DNA of 53,313 nucleotides from an uncultured Acholeplasmataceae bacterium (GCA_963545195.1 CAUUIA010000001.1:1-53313), one strand, 5' to 3'; positions 38,598 to 47,872 are shown, numbered from the stretch's first letter. Made by a program: numbers and translations. The notes: generated by a model not told the origin, from the sequence alone.

Positions 38598-39260
38598 ATG
38601 CTGGAACTACTTTTAAACATTACTACCAATAAATCAGCAAATCAGAATTCTAAAATATCCGAGGCAATTACTAAAGGTTCGCTAGACCTTCAAGCCCTGC
38701 AAACTGGCCAAGACTGGCTGTTTAAAGTTATCCTGCCGCTTTTAATTATTATGGTATACGCCGTAATTGTTGGACTTGAACGCCGCAATTTAGGCAAGGC
38801 TGTCGGGGTTTCTGCCTACTTTTTAGTAGGAATAGCGAGTTGCTCAATTGCAATTACTCAAAGGCTGATGTTTGAACTGAATGCTTTTCAACCCAACGAA
38901 GGTCAAAGAATCATCGCACAAGTTGTCGCGGGCGTTTCGTTTATTGGAGCCGGTGTCATAATTAAGGATAAAATGTCTATCAAAGGTTTAACTACGGCTT
39001 CCTCTATTTGGGCTTGTGCTATCTTGGGCTTAATTTTGGGTTCAGGTTATCTTTTGATCGGCGTAATTGGTGCAACCGTTATTATCATTTACATCTTTAT
39101 TCGTGACATGGTTTCCAAAGAAAACCCGTTTGTAAGTTGCCGCAATAACTTAATTCACAAAGTTAAGCAAGGCGAGATGAAAGCAGAAGACGCCAACGCT
39201 ATTTTAAACAAAGAAGACGATTTGCAAACTAGACACGTTGATGAGTTTAAACAACACTGA
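38598..39260 (+). CDS. MgtC/SapB family membrane protein
   Basis: VGLERRNLGKAVGVSAYFLVGIASC...AQVVAGVSFIGAGVII pattern of the MgtC N-terminal domain. Confidence 0.75.
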   Translation: MLELLLNITTNKSANQNSKISEAITKGSLDLQALQTGQDWLFKVILPLLIIMVYAVIVGLERRNLGKAVGVSAYFLVGIASCSIAITQRLMFELNAFQPNEGQRIIAQVVAGVSFIGAGVIIKDKMSIKGLTTASSIWACAILGLILGSGYLLIGVIGATVIIIYIFIRDMVSKENPFVSCRNNLIHKVKQGEMKAEDANAILNKEDDLQTRHVDEFKQH

Positions 39261-40596
39261 TTTTGAAAATATCACTGCAATTGCGACCCCTTATGGTAAG
39301 GGGTCGATTTCAGTTATAAGAGTTTCGGGAAAAACTTGCATCAAAGAAGTTAACACTATCTTTAAAGGCAAAGACTTAACCGATGTTCCTGGAAACACCT
39401 TAGTCTACGGCTTTATTTTAGACAAAGACAACCAACCAATTGACGAAGTAGTTATTGCGGTTTTTAGAAAACCGCATTCTTTTACAGCAGATGATATGCT
39501 TGAAATTTCTTGCCACGGTGGGGTTTTAGTAACTAACTTAGTGCTAGAACGGCTACTTAGTCTAAATATCCGAATGGCTCATCCTGGTGAGTTTTCTTAC
39601 CGTGCTTATTTAAATGGACGCATAGATTTAGTTAAAGCAGAGGCCGTGATGGACTTAATTGAAGCCGACACCAAGAGCGCTGCCAAAATTTCAATAAACT
39701 CACTACTTAGTAAAACTGGCAAAAAAATCTCTGAGTTTAAAGAACAAGTTCTGGCGTTAATTTCAGACATTGAAGTTAAACTACAATACCCTGAGTTTGA
39801 CGAAGCAGCAGACCTTGAAACTTCTGAACTAAAATCAAGAATTGACGCGATTTTAAGCGCCTTAACTGAGTTTTTGCGAAACTCAAAAAGCACCACAATG
39901 CTGAAAACCGGGATTTCTGTGGCAATTGTCGGAAGACCCAATGTCGGCAAGTCATCTCTTTTAAACTCTATTTTGAAACAAGATAAGGCTTTGGTCACTG
40001 ACATTCAAGGTACAACCCGCGATATTGTTGAGGGCAAAATTGTCCTGAACAACATTGCTCTAAACTTACTTGATACCGCGGGTATCCGTAAAAGCAGAAA
40101 TCTAGTTGAGAATCTTGGTATCAAAAAAAGTCTAGATACCATTAAAAGTGCTGACTTAGTTTTATTTGTTTTTGAGGCTAACCAAAAGTTAACCAAAGAA
40201 GACTTAGAAATTTTAAACAAAATAGATCCCGCTAAACTAATTAAAATTGCAAATAAAAAAGACTTAGGAATTAAAGAAAAAGACAAAAATGCTGTCTACA
40301 TCTCTACTTTTGATGAAGACTTAAAACCGCTTGAAGACGCTATTTTAACTAAGTTAAAATTAACTGACTTAGACACCAGAGACTTAGCGTTTTTGTCAAA
40401 CCAAAGACAAATTACTCTACTTGAAAAAGCAATTTCTGAACTAAAAGAAGCCCACAGTTCTGCAGACTTCTTAACCGCTGATTTAGTGGTGATGAACATT
40501 AAAACCGCTTACAATGCTATAAAGGAGATACTTGGCGAGGTGTATGACGACGATGTAAATAAAAACATCTTTAGTCACTTTTGCCTTGGTAAATAA
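39241..40596 (+). CDS. mnmE: tRNA modification GTPase MnmE
   Basis: TAIATPYGKGSISVIRVSG, G domain GRPNVGKSS / DTAGIR / NKKD, and C-terminal CLGK. Confidence 0.95.
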   Translation: MSLNNTDFENITAIATPYGKGSISVIRVSGKTCIKEVNTIFKGKDLTDVPGNTLVYGFILDKDNQPIDEVVIAVFRKPHSFTADDMLEISCHGGVLVTNLVLERLLSLNIRMAHPGEFSYRAYLNGRIDLVKAEAVMDLIEADTKSAAKISINSLLSKTGKKISEFKEQVLALISDIEVKLQYPEFDEAADLETSELKSRIDAILSALTEFLRNSKSTTMLKTGISVAIVGRPNVGKSSLLNSILKQDKALVTDIQGTTRDIVEGKIVLNNIALNLLDTAGIRKSRNLVENLGIKKSLDTIKSADLVLFVFEANQKLTKEDLEILNKIDPAKLIKIANKKDLGIKEKDKNAVYISTFDEDLKPLEDAILTKLKLTDLDTRDLAFLSNQRQITLLEKAISELKEAHSSADFLTADLVVMNIKTAYNAIKEILGEVYDDDVNKNIFSHFCLGK

Positions 40597-40602
40597 ATAA
40601 CT

Positions 40603-42303
40603 ATGTATAAAGTTTTATATCGTAAATACCGACCAAGTAAACTTAAAGAAGTAGTTGGCCAAGTGGTAATTATTCAAATTCTTAGACAAATTCTAAAAAG
40701 TGGCAGTATTCCACATTCTTTTATTTTTGCTGGCACCAGAGGAATTGGCAAAACCACGGTTGCCAGAATTTTTGCGAAAGCCATTAACTGCGAAAAACTA
40801 ACTTCAGGTGACGCATGTGGAAAATGCACAAACTGTCTTGTAATTGAGCAAGAACAAACTGTGGACATTGTAGAAATAGATGGGGCAAGCAACAACGGAG
40901 TTGACGAAATTAGAGACCTTCGCGACAAATGTGTCTTTTTGCCGCAAAATTTGAAATACAAAGTCTACATAATTGACGAAGTTCATATGCTTACAACCGC
41001 GGCTTTCAACGCGCTTTTGAAAACTTTAGAAGAACCGCCTAAACACGTTGTCTTTATTTTGGCAACTACTGAACCGCATAAAATCCCAAAAACAATCCAG
41101 TCTCGTTGTATGAACTTTAGTTTCCTAACTTTAACAGAGGCTGAAATTGCAGGACAAGTCACAGAAGTTGCTAAAAAAGAAAAAATTACTTTAGAAAAAG
41201 AAGCCGCTGCTTTAATTGCCAAAAAAGCAGAAGGCGCAATGCGAGATGCTTTGGTCTTGCTTGACAAAGCAGTCGCGTATGCTGGACAAAAAATCGACAA
41301 AGAAACAGTTTTAAAAATTATTGGTGGAGTTGACGAAAACGAAATTTTAAAAATTATTAGCTCACTCGACAATGCCGACCTGGCCAACGCTGTTGCTATG
41401 CTTGACGCACTACTTAAGGCAGGTAAAAGTGAAAACTCAATAATTGACGCGTTTATTGATAACTTCAAACAAATTTTGCTAAAAATTTCAACAGGAGAAC
41501 CCAACCTTTTTAAAAAACTAAACAAAGCAAAAGTTTTAGAAATATTTACTGAACTAAATACTTTGGTTAAAGAAATTAGATACACAACTTCTAAGCAAAA
41601 TATGCTGATGGTTACTTTAATCAAAATTTACTCAATCGTAAACAAACAAGAAGCGATTGTATTTAACACAAACCTAGAAACTGCAAAACCTGCAGTTAAA
41701 ACATCAGAACAACCACAAGTAAAAACTACACCAGAAACACACGGTGATATTTTTGCAAGTAACCCTGTAGCTTTTTCGCCCACTCCTGAAAAAATTAGCA
41801 AAGATTCAGTTAAAAGTCCTTTCAGTCTAACTGAACAAGACTTTAAAGATCTGCTTGACAACGCCAAAAAGAAGTTTAGAGAAGAGGCAGAATCAAAACT
41901 ATATAACTCTGATTTCTTAAAATCTGCAGAAGACCCAGATGTCTCTGGACTTTCTGGCAAGTTTGAAATAGTTTTAGCCAGCCTAAAAACCCTGTTACTT
42001 GCTGCAGATGGATTAACTGCATGCACTGAAATCTACAAAACAACCAAATATCCTGTCCTTTTAAAAGAAGTTAATAACTTTTTGCCAGAAATCACGAGAG
42101 TAATTTTGTTAACTAAACAAGACGCAAAGGCTGTGTTAATGCAAATTAGCACTTACCTTAGAAATAACCTTGAATTTATTCCCAATGACTTTAGCGCTGT
42201 TGTTGAAAAATATGCAGCATATGATAAAATTTTAAAAGAAGTTAAAACTAAAAAATTCGACGCAAGCGCAGTATTCGGCGAACTTGCAAACAAGGAGCAA
42301 TAA
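40603..42303 (+). CDS. dnaX: DNA polymerase III subunit gamma/tau
   Basis: YRKYRP, Walker A GTRGIGKTT, zinc module CGKCTNC, Walker B IIDEVHML and SRC motif TIQSRC. Confidence 0.95.
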   Translation: MYKVLYRKYRPSKLKEVVGQVVIIQILRQILKSGSIPHSFIFAGTRGIGKTTVARIFAKAINCEKLTSGDACGKCTNCLVIEQEQTVDIVEIDGASNNGVDEIRDLRDKCVFLPQNLKYKVYIIDEVHMLTTAAFNALLKTLEEPPKHVVFILATTEPHKIPKTIQSRCMNFSFLTLTEAEIAGQVTEVAKKEKITLEKEAAALIAKKAEGAMRDALVLLDKAVAYAGQKIDKETVLKIIGGVDENEILKIISSLDNADLANAVAMLDALLKAGKSENSIIDAFIDNFKQILLKISTGEPNLFKKLNKAKVLEIFTELNTLVKEIRYTTSKQNMLMVTLIKIYSIVNKQEAIVFNTNLETAKPAVKTSEQPQVKTTPETHGDIFASNPVAFSPTPEKISKDSVKSPFSLTEQDFKDLLDNAKKKFREEAESKLYNSDFLKSAEDPDVSGLSGKFEIVLASLKTLLLAADGLTACTEIYKTTKYPVLLKEVNNFLPEITRVILLTKQDAKAVLMQISTYLRNNLEFIPNDFSAVVEKYAAYDKILKEVKTKKFDASAVFGELANKEQ

Positions 42304-42305
42304 AT

Positions 42306-42593
42306 ATGAATCCGCAAATGTTAAAACAAATTCAAAAACTACAAGCAGAAATGATGGAACGCCAACAAAGACTTCAAGAAACTGAGTTTACAGGTTCGGC
42401 GGCAGGTGTCTCAATTACTTTACTTGGTTCAAAAAAAGTTGTAGACTGCAAAATTAGCGCAGACATTATTCAAGATAAAGAAATGCTTGAAGACGCAATT
42501 TGTGTAGCCTTTAACAAAGCCATTGAACAAGTCAACTCAGAACTAGAAGACATTCTTTCTAGCGCTAAAATGCCTAATTTTTTAGGACTTTAG
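42306..42593 (+). CDS. ybaB: YbaB/EbfC family nucleoid-associated protein
   Basis: 95 aa, MLKQIQKLQAEMMERQQRLQE...GSAAGVSITLLGSKKV, directly after dnaX as is usual. Confidence 0.9.
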   Translation: MNPQMLKQIQKLQAEMMERQQRLQETEFTGSAAGVSITLLGSKKVVDCKISADIIQDKEMLEDAICVAFNKAIEQVNSELEDILSSAKMPNFLGL

Positions 42594-42600
42594 TTATAGT

Positions 42601-42629
42601 TTGTAAAATAGGTTTGACTATAATATAAT
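42601..42629 (+). promoter_or_regulatory. Sigma-A type promoter upstream of rpoE
   Basis: TTGTAA (42601-42606), 17 nt spacer, TATAAT (42624-42629). Lies only 12 nt before the first ATG of the rpoE ORF. Confidence 0.4.
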
Positions 42630-42640
42630 ATTTAAGTTAT

Positions 42641-43258
42641 ATGGAGGCTGACTTGAATCATACAGAAGAAAATTCTTTATCAGAAATTGCATACTCCTTA
42701 ATCAAGGAACAGGGTTCTGCTGTTTCACTTAACGAACTTATTGACAAAATTTGCGCAATTCGCAATCTAGGCGAAGTTAGCGCAGATTTTAAAAATCAAC
42801 TTTATTTTGACTTAATTTCATCAGGTCGCTTTGTCTACGTTGGCGACGGGCTTTTTGATTTAAAAGACAATAAGTTAGAGTATTGGGACAAAGATGGTAC
42901 TTTTTTTGCCAACGAAAGCAACGATGAAGACATTGAAATTAATGAAGATGAAGACGACATTGAATTTTCTGACTTTAATTTAGATGAGTTTGTGGCATCT
43001 GAACCAGATATTGAAGAAGATGAAGACGAGGAAGATGAAAAACTTCAAATGCAAGCAAGTGACAACCCACTTCCTGAACTTGATGATGAAGAAGACGAAA
43101 GCGCTTTAGTTGAAGAAGACATTGAGGATTACCTAGAAACTGGAAGCGACGAAGACGACGATAAATATGTTGACCCAGATTTGGACTTAGACGAATCAGA
43201 TCAAGACGAAGATGAGTACAACAAATACATGGACGACTACGAAAATCTATATGAATAG
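42641..43258 (+). CDS. rpoE: RNA polymerase delta subunit (HARE-HTH N-domain plus polyacidic tail)
   Basis: N-terminus LSEIAYSLIKEQGSAVSLNELIDKI...GRFVYVGDGLFDLKD, then a ~110-aa Asp/Glu-rich tail. Upstream of pyrG as in Bacillus. An alternative start is the TTG at 42653, 5 nt after GGAGG. Confidence 0.85.
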   Translation: MEADLNHTEENSLSEIAYSLIKEQGSAVSLNELIDKICAIRNLGEVSADFKNQLYFDLISSGRFVYVGDGLFDLKDNKLEYWDKDGTFFANESNDEDIEINEDEDDIEFSDFNLDEFVASEPDIEEDEDEEDEKLQMQASDNPLPELDDEEDESALVEEDIEDYLETGSDEDDDKYVDPDLDLDESDQDEDEYNKYMDDYENLYE

Positions 43259-43287
43259 GGAGGCAATTTTTGCATCCCTATTTTTTT
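43256..43287 (+). terminator. Putative intrinsic terminator after rpoE
   Basis: TAGGGA...TCCCTA stem (with inner GCA/TGC pairing) followed by TTTTTTT. Confidence 0.6.
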
Positions 43288-43321
43288 ATTTAATAGAAAC
43301 AGAAAGGAGTTTTTTAAAAAT

Positions 43322-44812
43322 ATGAGTAATTTTATTTTTATTACAGGTGGAGTAATTTCTGGGATTGGAAAAGGTGTAACCGCGGCGTCTATTGCCAGAC
43401 TACTTAAAAGCACTGGAGTTTCGGTGTTTATGATCAAGATGGATCCTTATATCAATACTTTTCCTGGCATGATTGACCCACTTCAACACGGAGAGGTTTT
43501 TGTGGCCGCAGATGGAACTGAGGCAGACTTAGACTTAGGACACTACGAACGCTTTACCGGTGTTAACTTAACCGCGCACTCTAGTATCACCATGGGCAAA
43601 ATCTACAGAGAAATTCTGGAAAACGAAATGGCTGGCAAATACAGTGGCAAAACTATTCAAGTAATTCCACATGTCGTTGATACCATTAAAAACAGACTAA
43701 AGAAGGCTGCTGAGCAAAGTCAGGCTGATGTCATAATTTGTGAAATCGGCGGAACTGTTGGTGATATGGAGTCTGAGGCTTACCTGGAGGCAATTCGTCA
43801 ACTTAGGTTTGACTTAGGGTATCGCCGCACCTATTACATCCACACAGCATTAGTTCCCTACCTTGAAGTTTCACAAGAACTCAAGACCAAACCAACTCAA
43901 CACAGTGTCAAGACTTTGCGTAGTTTCGGAATTGATCCGGATGCACTTATTTTAAGGTCAAAAAGAATGCTGGACCCCGAAACCGTTCAAAAAATTTCTT
44001 TCTTTACCGACGTTAAACCAGAGACAGTCTTAGCTTGTCCTGACTTAGATGTTGTCTACAAAGTGGTGCCACTTTTGGCCGAAGGTAAACTGCACGAAAA
44101 TATCTTTAAACATTTTGAAATAAAGGAAAAACCACTTAACTTAAAAACCTGGAACTTACTAATTTCAAAAGTAGAGACAGCAAACACCGTTTTAAATGTC
44201 GGAGTAGTCGGTACCACAGATTTTAAAGAGGCCTATCTTTCACTAACCGAGGCAATTAAACACTCTGGCTACACATACTCAGTTAAACCAAACTTTATTT
44301 GGTATAACTCAAATACCGATAACTCTGAATTTCTCAAAAACACAGACCTGGCAGTAGTTTCTGGCCAAGACAATCAAGAGTTTACTTTAAAACAAAGTGA
44401 GTTAATTCACGAACTTAGCGAAAAACAAATCCCAACTCTGCTGATAAACTTAGGTTTTTGGCAAATGCTAAACAATTTAGATAAAACCACTGAAGTTGAA
44501 ACCACTAAACTGGTAGGTGGCCGTGAAATTAAAATAAATAAACTAAACCCAGTAAGTAAGTATTTCAAAGAAAGCAAAATTATCGAACGTTTTCGTTCGT
44601 TTAAAGTGCCAACTAAAGCAGTTTCTCATCCTAACTTAGTCCCACTTGCTACTTTAGACGAAACGCCAGTAGCCTTTGCAAATCCAAGTCACCCTTTCTT
44701 TGTATCTACTCTTTTTCACCCCGAGTTTAGTTCAAACCCGCTTTTTTCCCATCCTTTGTTTGATGCTATAATAAAAATAGCGCTTGAGCAAAAAAAGCAC
44801 CAAAATAAATAA
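43322..44812 (+). CDS. pyrG: CTP synthase with intact synthase domain and degenerate glutaminase domain
   Basis: N-domain FITGGVISGIGKGVTAAS...DPYINTFPGM...QHGEVFV...DLDLGHYERF...EIGGTVGDMES...KTKPTQHSV. In the C-domain, LINLGFWQ stands where GICLGMQ is expected and SGQDN where PGGFG is expected; FHPEF is retained. Confidence 0.9.
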   Translation: MSNFIFITGGVISGIGKGVTAASIARLLKSTGVSVFMIKMDPYINTFPGMIDPLQHGEVFVAADGTEADLDLGHYERFTGVNLTAHSSITMGKIYREILENEMAGKYSGKTIQVIPHVVDTIKNRLKKAAEQSQADVIICEIGGTVGDMESEAYLEAIRQLRFDLGYRRTYYIHTALVPYLEVSQELKTKPTQHSVKTLRSFGIDPDALILRSKRMLDPETVQKISFFTDVKPETVLACPDLDVVYKVVPLLAEGKLHENIFKHFEIKEKPLNLKTWNLLISKVETANTVLNVGVVGTTDFKEAYLSLTEAIKHSGYTYSVKPNFIWYNSNTDNSEFLKNTDLAVVSGQDNQEFTLKQSELIHELSEKQIPTLLINLGFWQMLNNLDKTTEVETTKLVGGREIKINKLNPVSKYFKESKIIERFRSFKVPTKAVSHPNLVPLATLDETPVAFANPSHPFFVSTLFHPEFSSNPLFSHPLFDAIIKIALEQKKHQNK

Positions 44813-44837
44813 ATTTTAAAAAAAAGGAAAATTACCC

Positions 44838-45077
44838 ATGTTTGAAGAAATTAAAAGCATTATTAAAACAAATCTAAATATTGAAGACGAAAAAATCGTA
44901 CCAACCGCCAGACTAAAAGAAGATTTAGCAATTGATTCAATTGACGCAGTTGAAATAGTTTTAGCGTTTGAAGAAAAACACGACATCAGAGTTGATGAAA
45001 CTAAACTAAGAGAAATTAAAACCATTGGCGACTTAGTTGGCTATTTTGAGATACTTAAAGCCGAGTCTGCAAAATAA
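44838..45077 (+). CDS. acpP: Acyl carrier protein
   Basis: 79 aa with the phosphopantetheine site LAIDSIDAVE. Confidence 0.85.
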   Translation: MFEEIKSIIKTNLNIEDEKIVPTARLKEDLAIDSIDAVEIVLAFEEKHDIRVDETKLREIKTIGDLVGYFEILKAESAK

Positions 45078-45132
45078 CCATAAACCGCTTACATCTATCT
45101 TAATCTAATATTTTTCAGGACTATACTTTACT

Positions 45133-47538
45133 ATGCAAAATAACTTTTTAGAATACGAAAAAAAATGGCAAAAAATTTGGGAACAAGAGCAAACTTTTGA
45201 AACCGAAGAAAGTGCTGTTAAACCCAAATACTTTATCTTAGATATGTTTCCCTATCCAACTGCATTAGGTCTCCACGTTGGACACGTTGAGGGTTATGTT
45301 GCTACCGATATTTTGGCCAGATACAAAAGAGCCAAAGGTTTTTCTGTTCTGCAAACTATGGGTTTTGACGCTTTTGGCCTGCCAACTGAACAGTTTGCAA
45401 TTCAAAACAATGTACAACCTGAAGAAATTACTAAAATTAGTATCAATAACTTTAAAGCCCAACTAAACCGACTAGGTAAAGCCATTGACTGGCAAAAAAG
45501 TATATCTACGCACGACCCTGAGTTTTACCACTGGACCCAGTGGATTTTTAAGAAACTATATGAACACGACCTTGCTGAACTTAAAGACATTGAAGTGAAT
45601 TTTTGTCCAGAACTCGGCACAGTTTTGGCAAACGACGAAATAACTGTCAAAAACGGACTGATGGTCTCTGAACGCGGCAATTTTCCTGTGTATAAAAAAA
45701 CTCTTAAGCAATGGGTTTTAAAAATTACTAAATACGCAGATAGGTTAATTAAAGACCTGGATTTAGTTGTTTGGCCTGAAGAAATTAAAGAAGCCCAACG
45801 CAACTGGATCGGCAAAAGCGAGGGAACTTTAATTGACTTTGATGTGCTAGACACTAACGAAAAAATCACTTGTTTTACCACCAGAATTGACACAATTTAT
45901 GGGCTTTCTTATTTAGTGCTAGCGCCTGAACACCCACTTGCCTTAAAAATCGCAACTAAAGAAGAAAAGCGAGCAGTTGAAAACTACATTAAACTAGCCT
46001 CGCAAAAATCAGACCTTGACCGCGAAACTCAACACGAAAAAACAGGTGTGTTTACAGGTGCTTACGCAAAATGTCCAATTTCTGGCCGCATTATTCCAGT
46101 ATGGGTGGCAGATTACGTGTTTTTCAAATACGCAACTGGCGCTGTAATGGCTGTACCCGCACACGACGAGCGCGATTTTGAGTTTGCAAATAAGTTTGGC
46201 CTAGATATTTTAAAAATTATAGATGTTCAAGAAAACCAACTTCCTTATACCAAAGACGGGCTTCACATCAACTCACCGCTAATTGACGGACAAAACATAG
46301 AACAAGCAAAAAAAACTCTAAACCAATACTTAAAGAAAATCAAGGCAGGTTCAACTACTGTTAACTATCGTCTTCGCGACTGGGTGTTTTCACGCCAACG
46401 CTATTGGGGCGAACCTTTCCCGCTTTACTATGACGAACATAAAAACGTCCACTTAGTTGAAGACAAAGACCTACCGCTAGTTTTGCCTAAATTAAACGAA
46501 ATCAGACCTTCTGGCGCTGGTGATGGTCCGCTTGCAAACTGCCCTGAGTGGACTCACTTTGAAAAAGACGGACAAGTCTGCTCATATGACACCAATACCA
46601 TGCCGCAAGTTGCCGGCAGTTCTTGGTACTACATTGCCTATATTTTAAAAACAGCCGCCGGTGTTGTTCCACTTAACTCAAAGGAAGCAAAAAAACTACT
46701 TGACAGTTGGTTGCCTGTAGACTTCTATGTTGGTGGAAAAGAACACACCACTGGTCACCTACTTTACGCGCGTTTTTGGCATAAGTTTTTATACGATTTA
46801 GGTCTGGTTTCTCAACCCGAGCCTTTTCAAAAACTCTTTAACCAAGGCATGATCTTGATGAACGGTCAAAAAATGTCTAAATCTAGAGGAAATGTCGTAA
46901 ATCCTGACGAGATTTTTGAGACACACGGAGCAGATGCTCTTCGTCTATACGTGATGTTTATGGGGCCTCTGCAAATGGACAAAGACTGGTCTACCACAAT
47001 GTTAGATGGTGCTAAGCGTTTCCTTGACCGTGTTTGGCGAATGCATGAGTTTATCACGCCTTCTCACAACGAAGGGCTGGACTTTGTGTTAAACCAAACC
47101 ATTTTAAAAGTTGAGCAAGGATACGAAACAATTTCTTTTAACACCGCAATTTCGCAAATGATGATTTTTGTCAACGAGGTCTACAAGCAACAGGCAATTT
47201 CTCAAGATCAATTTAGAACTTTCTTAAAGTTATTAAATCCAATTTGTCCGCACATCACCGAAGAGATGAACTTACAATTTTTAAACTCAAACGCTCAACT
47301 GGTTAACGAAGACTTTCCAGAAGTAGATCACTCTAAACTTGAAAACTCAACATTTGAACTAATTTTTCAAGTCAACGGCAAAATTCGCGGCAAAGAATCG
47401 GTTGCCAAAACTATCACTGAAGTTGAAGCAAAGCAAAAAGCATTGGCCTCAGACGGAGTGCAAAGGGCAATAAGTGGTTTAAACGTAATCAAAGTTATTT
47501 ATATTAAAGAGAGATTGGTAAATATAGTTGCAAAATAA
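45133..47538 (+). CDS. leuS: Leucine--tRNA ligase
   Basis: HIGH-type motif PTALGLHVGHVEGY, KMSKSRGN motif and the CP1 editing region. 801 aa. Confidence 0.97.
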   Translation: MQNNFLEYEKKWQKIWEQEQTFETEESAVKPKYFILDMFPYPTALGLHVGHVEGYVATDILARYKRAKGFSVLQTMGFDAFGLPTEQFAIQNNVQPEEITKISINNFKAQLNRLGKAIDWQKSISTHDPEFYHWTQWIFKKLYEHDLAELKDIEVNFCPELGTVLANDEITVKNGLMVSERGNFPVYKKTLKQWVLKITKYADRLIKDLDLVVWPEEIKEAQRNWIGKSEGTLIDFDVLDTNEKITCFTTRIDTIYGLSYLVLAPEHPLALKIATKEEKRAVENYIKLASQKSDLDRETQHEKTGVFTGAYAKCPISGRIIPVWVADYVFFKYATGAVMAVPAHDERDFEFANKFGLDILKIIDVQENQLPYTKDGLHINSPLIDGQNIEQAKKTLNQYLKKIKAGSTTVNYRLRDWVFSRQRYWGEPFPLYYDEHKNVHLVEDKDLPLVLPKLNEIRPSGAGDGPLANCPEWTHFEKDGQVCSYDTNTMPQVAGSSWYYIAYILKTAAGVVPLNSKEAKKLLDSWLPVDFYVGGKEHTTGHLLYARFWHKFLYDLGLVSQPEPFQKLFNQGMILMNGQKMSKSRGNVVNPDEIFETHGADALRLYVMFMGPLQMDKDWSTTMLDGAKRFLDRVWRMHEFITPSHNEGLDFVLNQTILKVEQGYETISFNTAISQMMIFVNEVYKQQAISQDQFRTFLKLLNPICPHITEEMNLQFLNSNAQLVNEDFPEVDHSKLENSTFELIFQVNGKIRGKESVAKTITEVEAKQKALASDGVQRAISGLNVIKVIYIKERLVNIVAK

Positions 47539-47542
47539 CACT

Positions 47543-47571
47543 AAATAGACTGCAAAAGCAGTCTATTTTTA
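47543..47571 (+). terminator. Rho-independent terminator after leuS
   Basis: ATAGACTGC-AAAA-GCAGTCTAT followed by TTTTT. Confidence 0.75.
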
Positions 47572-47589
47572 TTTTAGTTCTATTTTACT

Positions 47590-47820
47590 TTGCGTTTTTT
47601 GTATATTTTACCTAAATATTACATTGCGTTTTTTGTATATTTTGTCTAAATATTACATTACGTTTTTTGCATATCACAAAAAAACAAACGTTTGCTTTAT
47701 AAGGCTATTTTTTAATAAAATAACTAAAATACTTTGCGTTTTTTGTATATTTTGTCAAAATATTAATTTGCGTTTTTTGTATATTTTGTCTAAATATTAC
47801 TTTGCGTTTTTTGTATAAGT
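47590..47820. repeat. Tandem array, 34-bp period, two blocks of three units (3 + 3) split by an unrelated spacer
   Basis: Units start at 47590, 47624, 47658 and at 47734, 47768, 47802. The consensus is TTGCGTTTTTTGTATATTTTGTCTAAATATTACA. Units 2 and 5 are identical at 33 of 34 positions; units 3 and 6 keep only the first ~16 nt. Confidence 0.9.
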
Positions 47821-47823
47821 ATT

Positions 47824-47851
47824 TTGCCTTTTAGTGTAAATGCTTTATAAT
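47824..47851 (+). promoter_or_regulatory. Sigma-A type promoter of the intact AAA/DUF4143 ATPase gene
   Basis: TTGCCT (47824-47829), 16 nt spacer, TATAAT (47846-47851). RBS AAGGTGA precedes the ATG at 47873. Confidence 0.55.
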
Positions 47852-47872
47852 ATACACGAAAGGTGAAAAAAG

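Noticed and set aside
40983-41624. Long antisense ORFs inside conserved genes: 213 aa opposite dnaX, and also 41628..42026, 39606..40004, 40005..40286, 30972..31376, 45525..45893
   Set aside because: They have no RBS and no recognisable domains, and their composition is Ser/Leu/Ile/Phe-rich as expected from reading the complement of AT-rich, GAA/AAA-rich coding sequence. The sense-strand genes are unambiguous.
45078-45132. T-box riboswitch upstream of leuS
   Set aside because: The intergenic region is only 55 nt, far too short for a T-box leader. No specifier or antiterminator elements are visible.
47624-47818. 64-aa ORF (MRFLYILSKYY...) in the ORF track
   Set aside because: It is simply the translation of the 34-bp tandem array, as its internally repeated peptide shows. 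It has no RBS.
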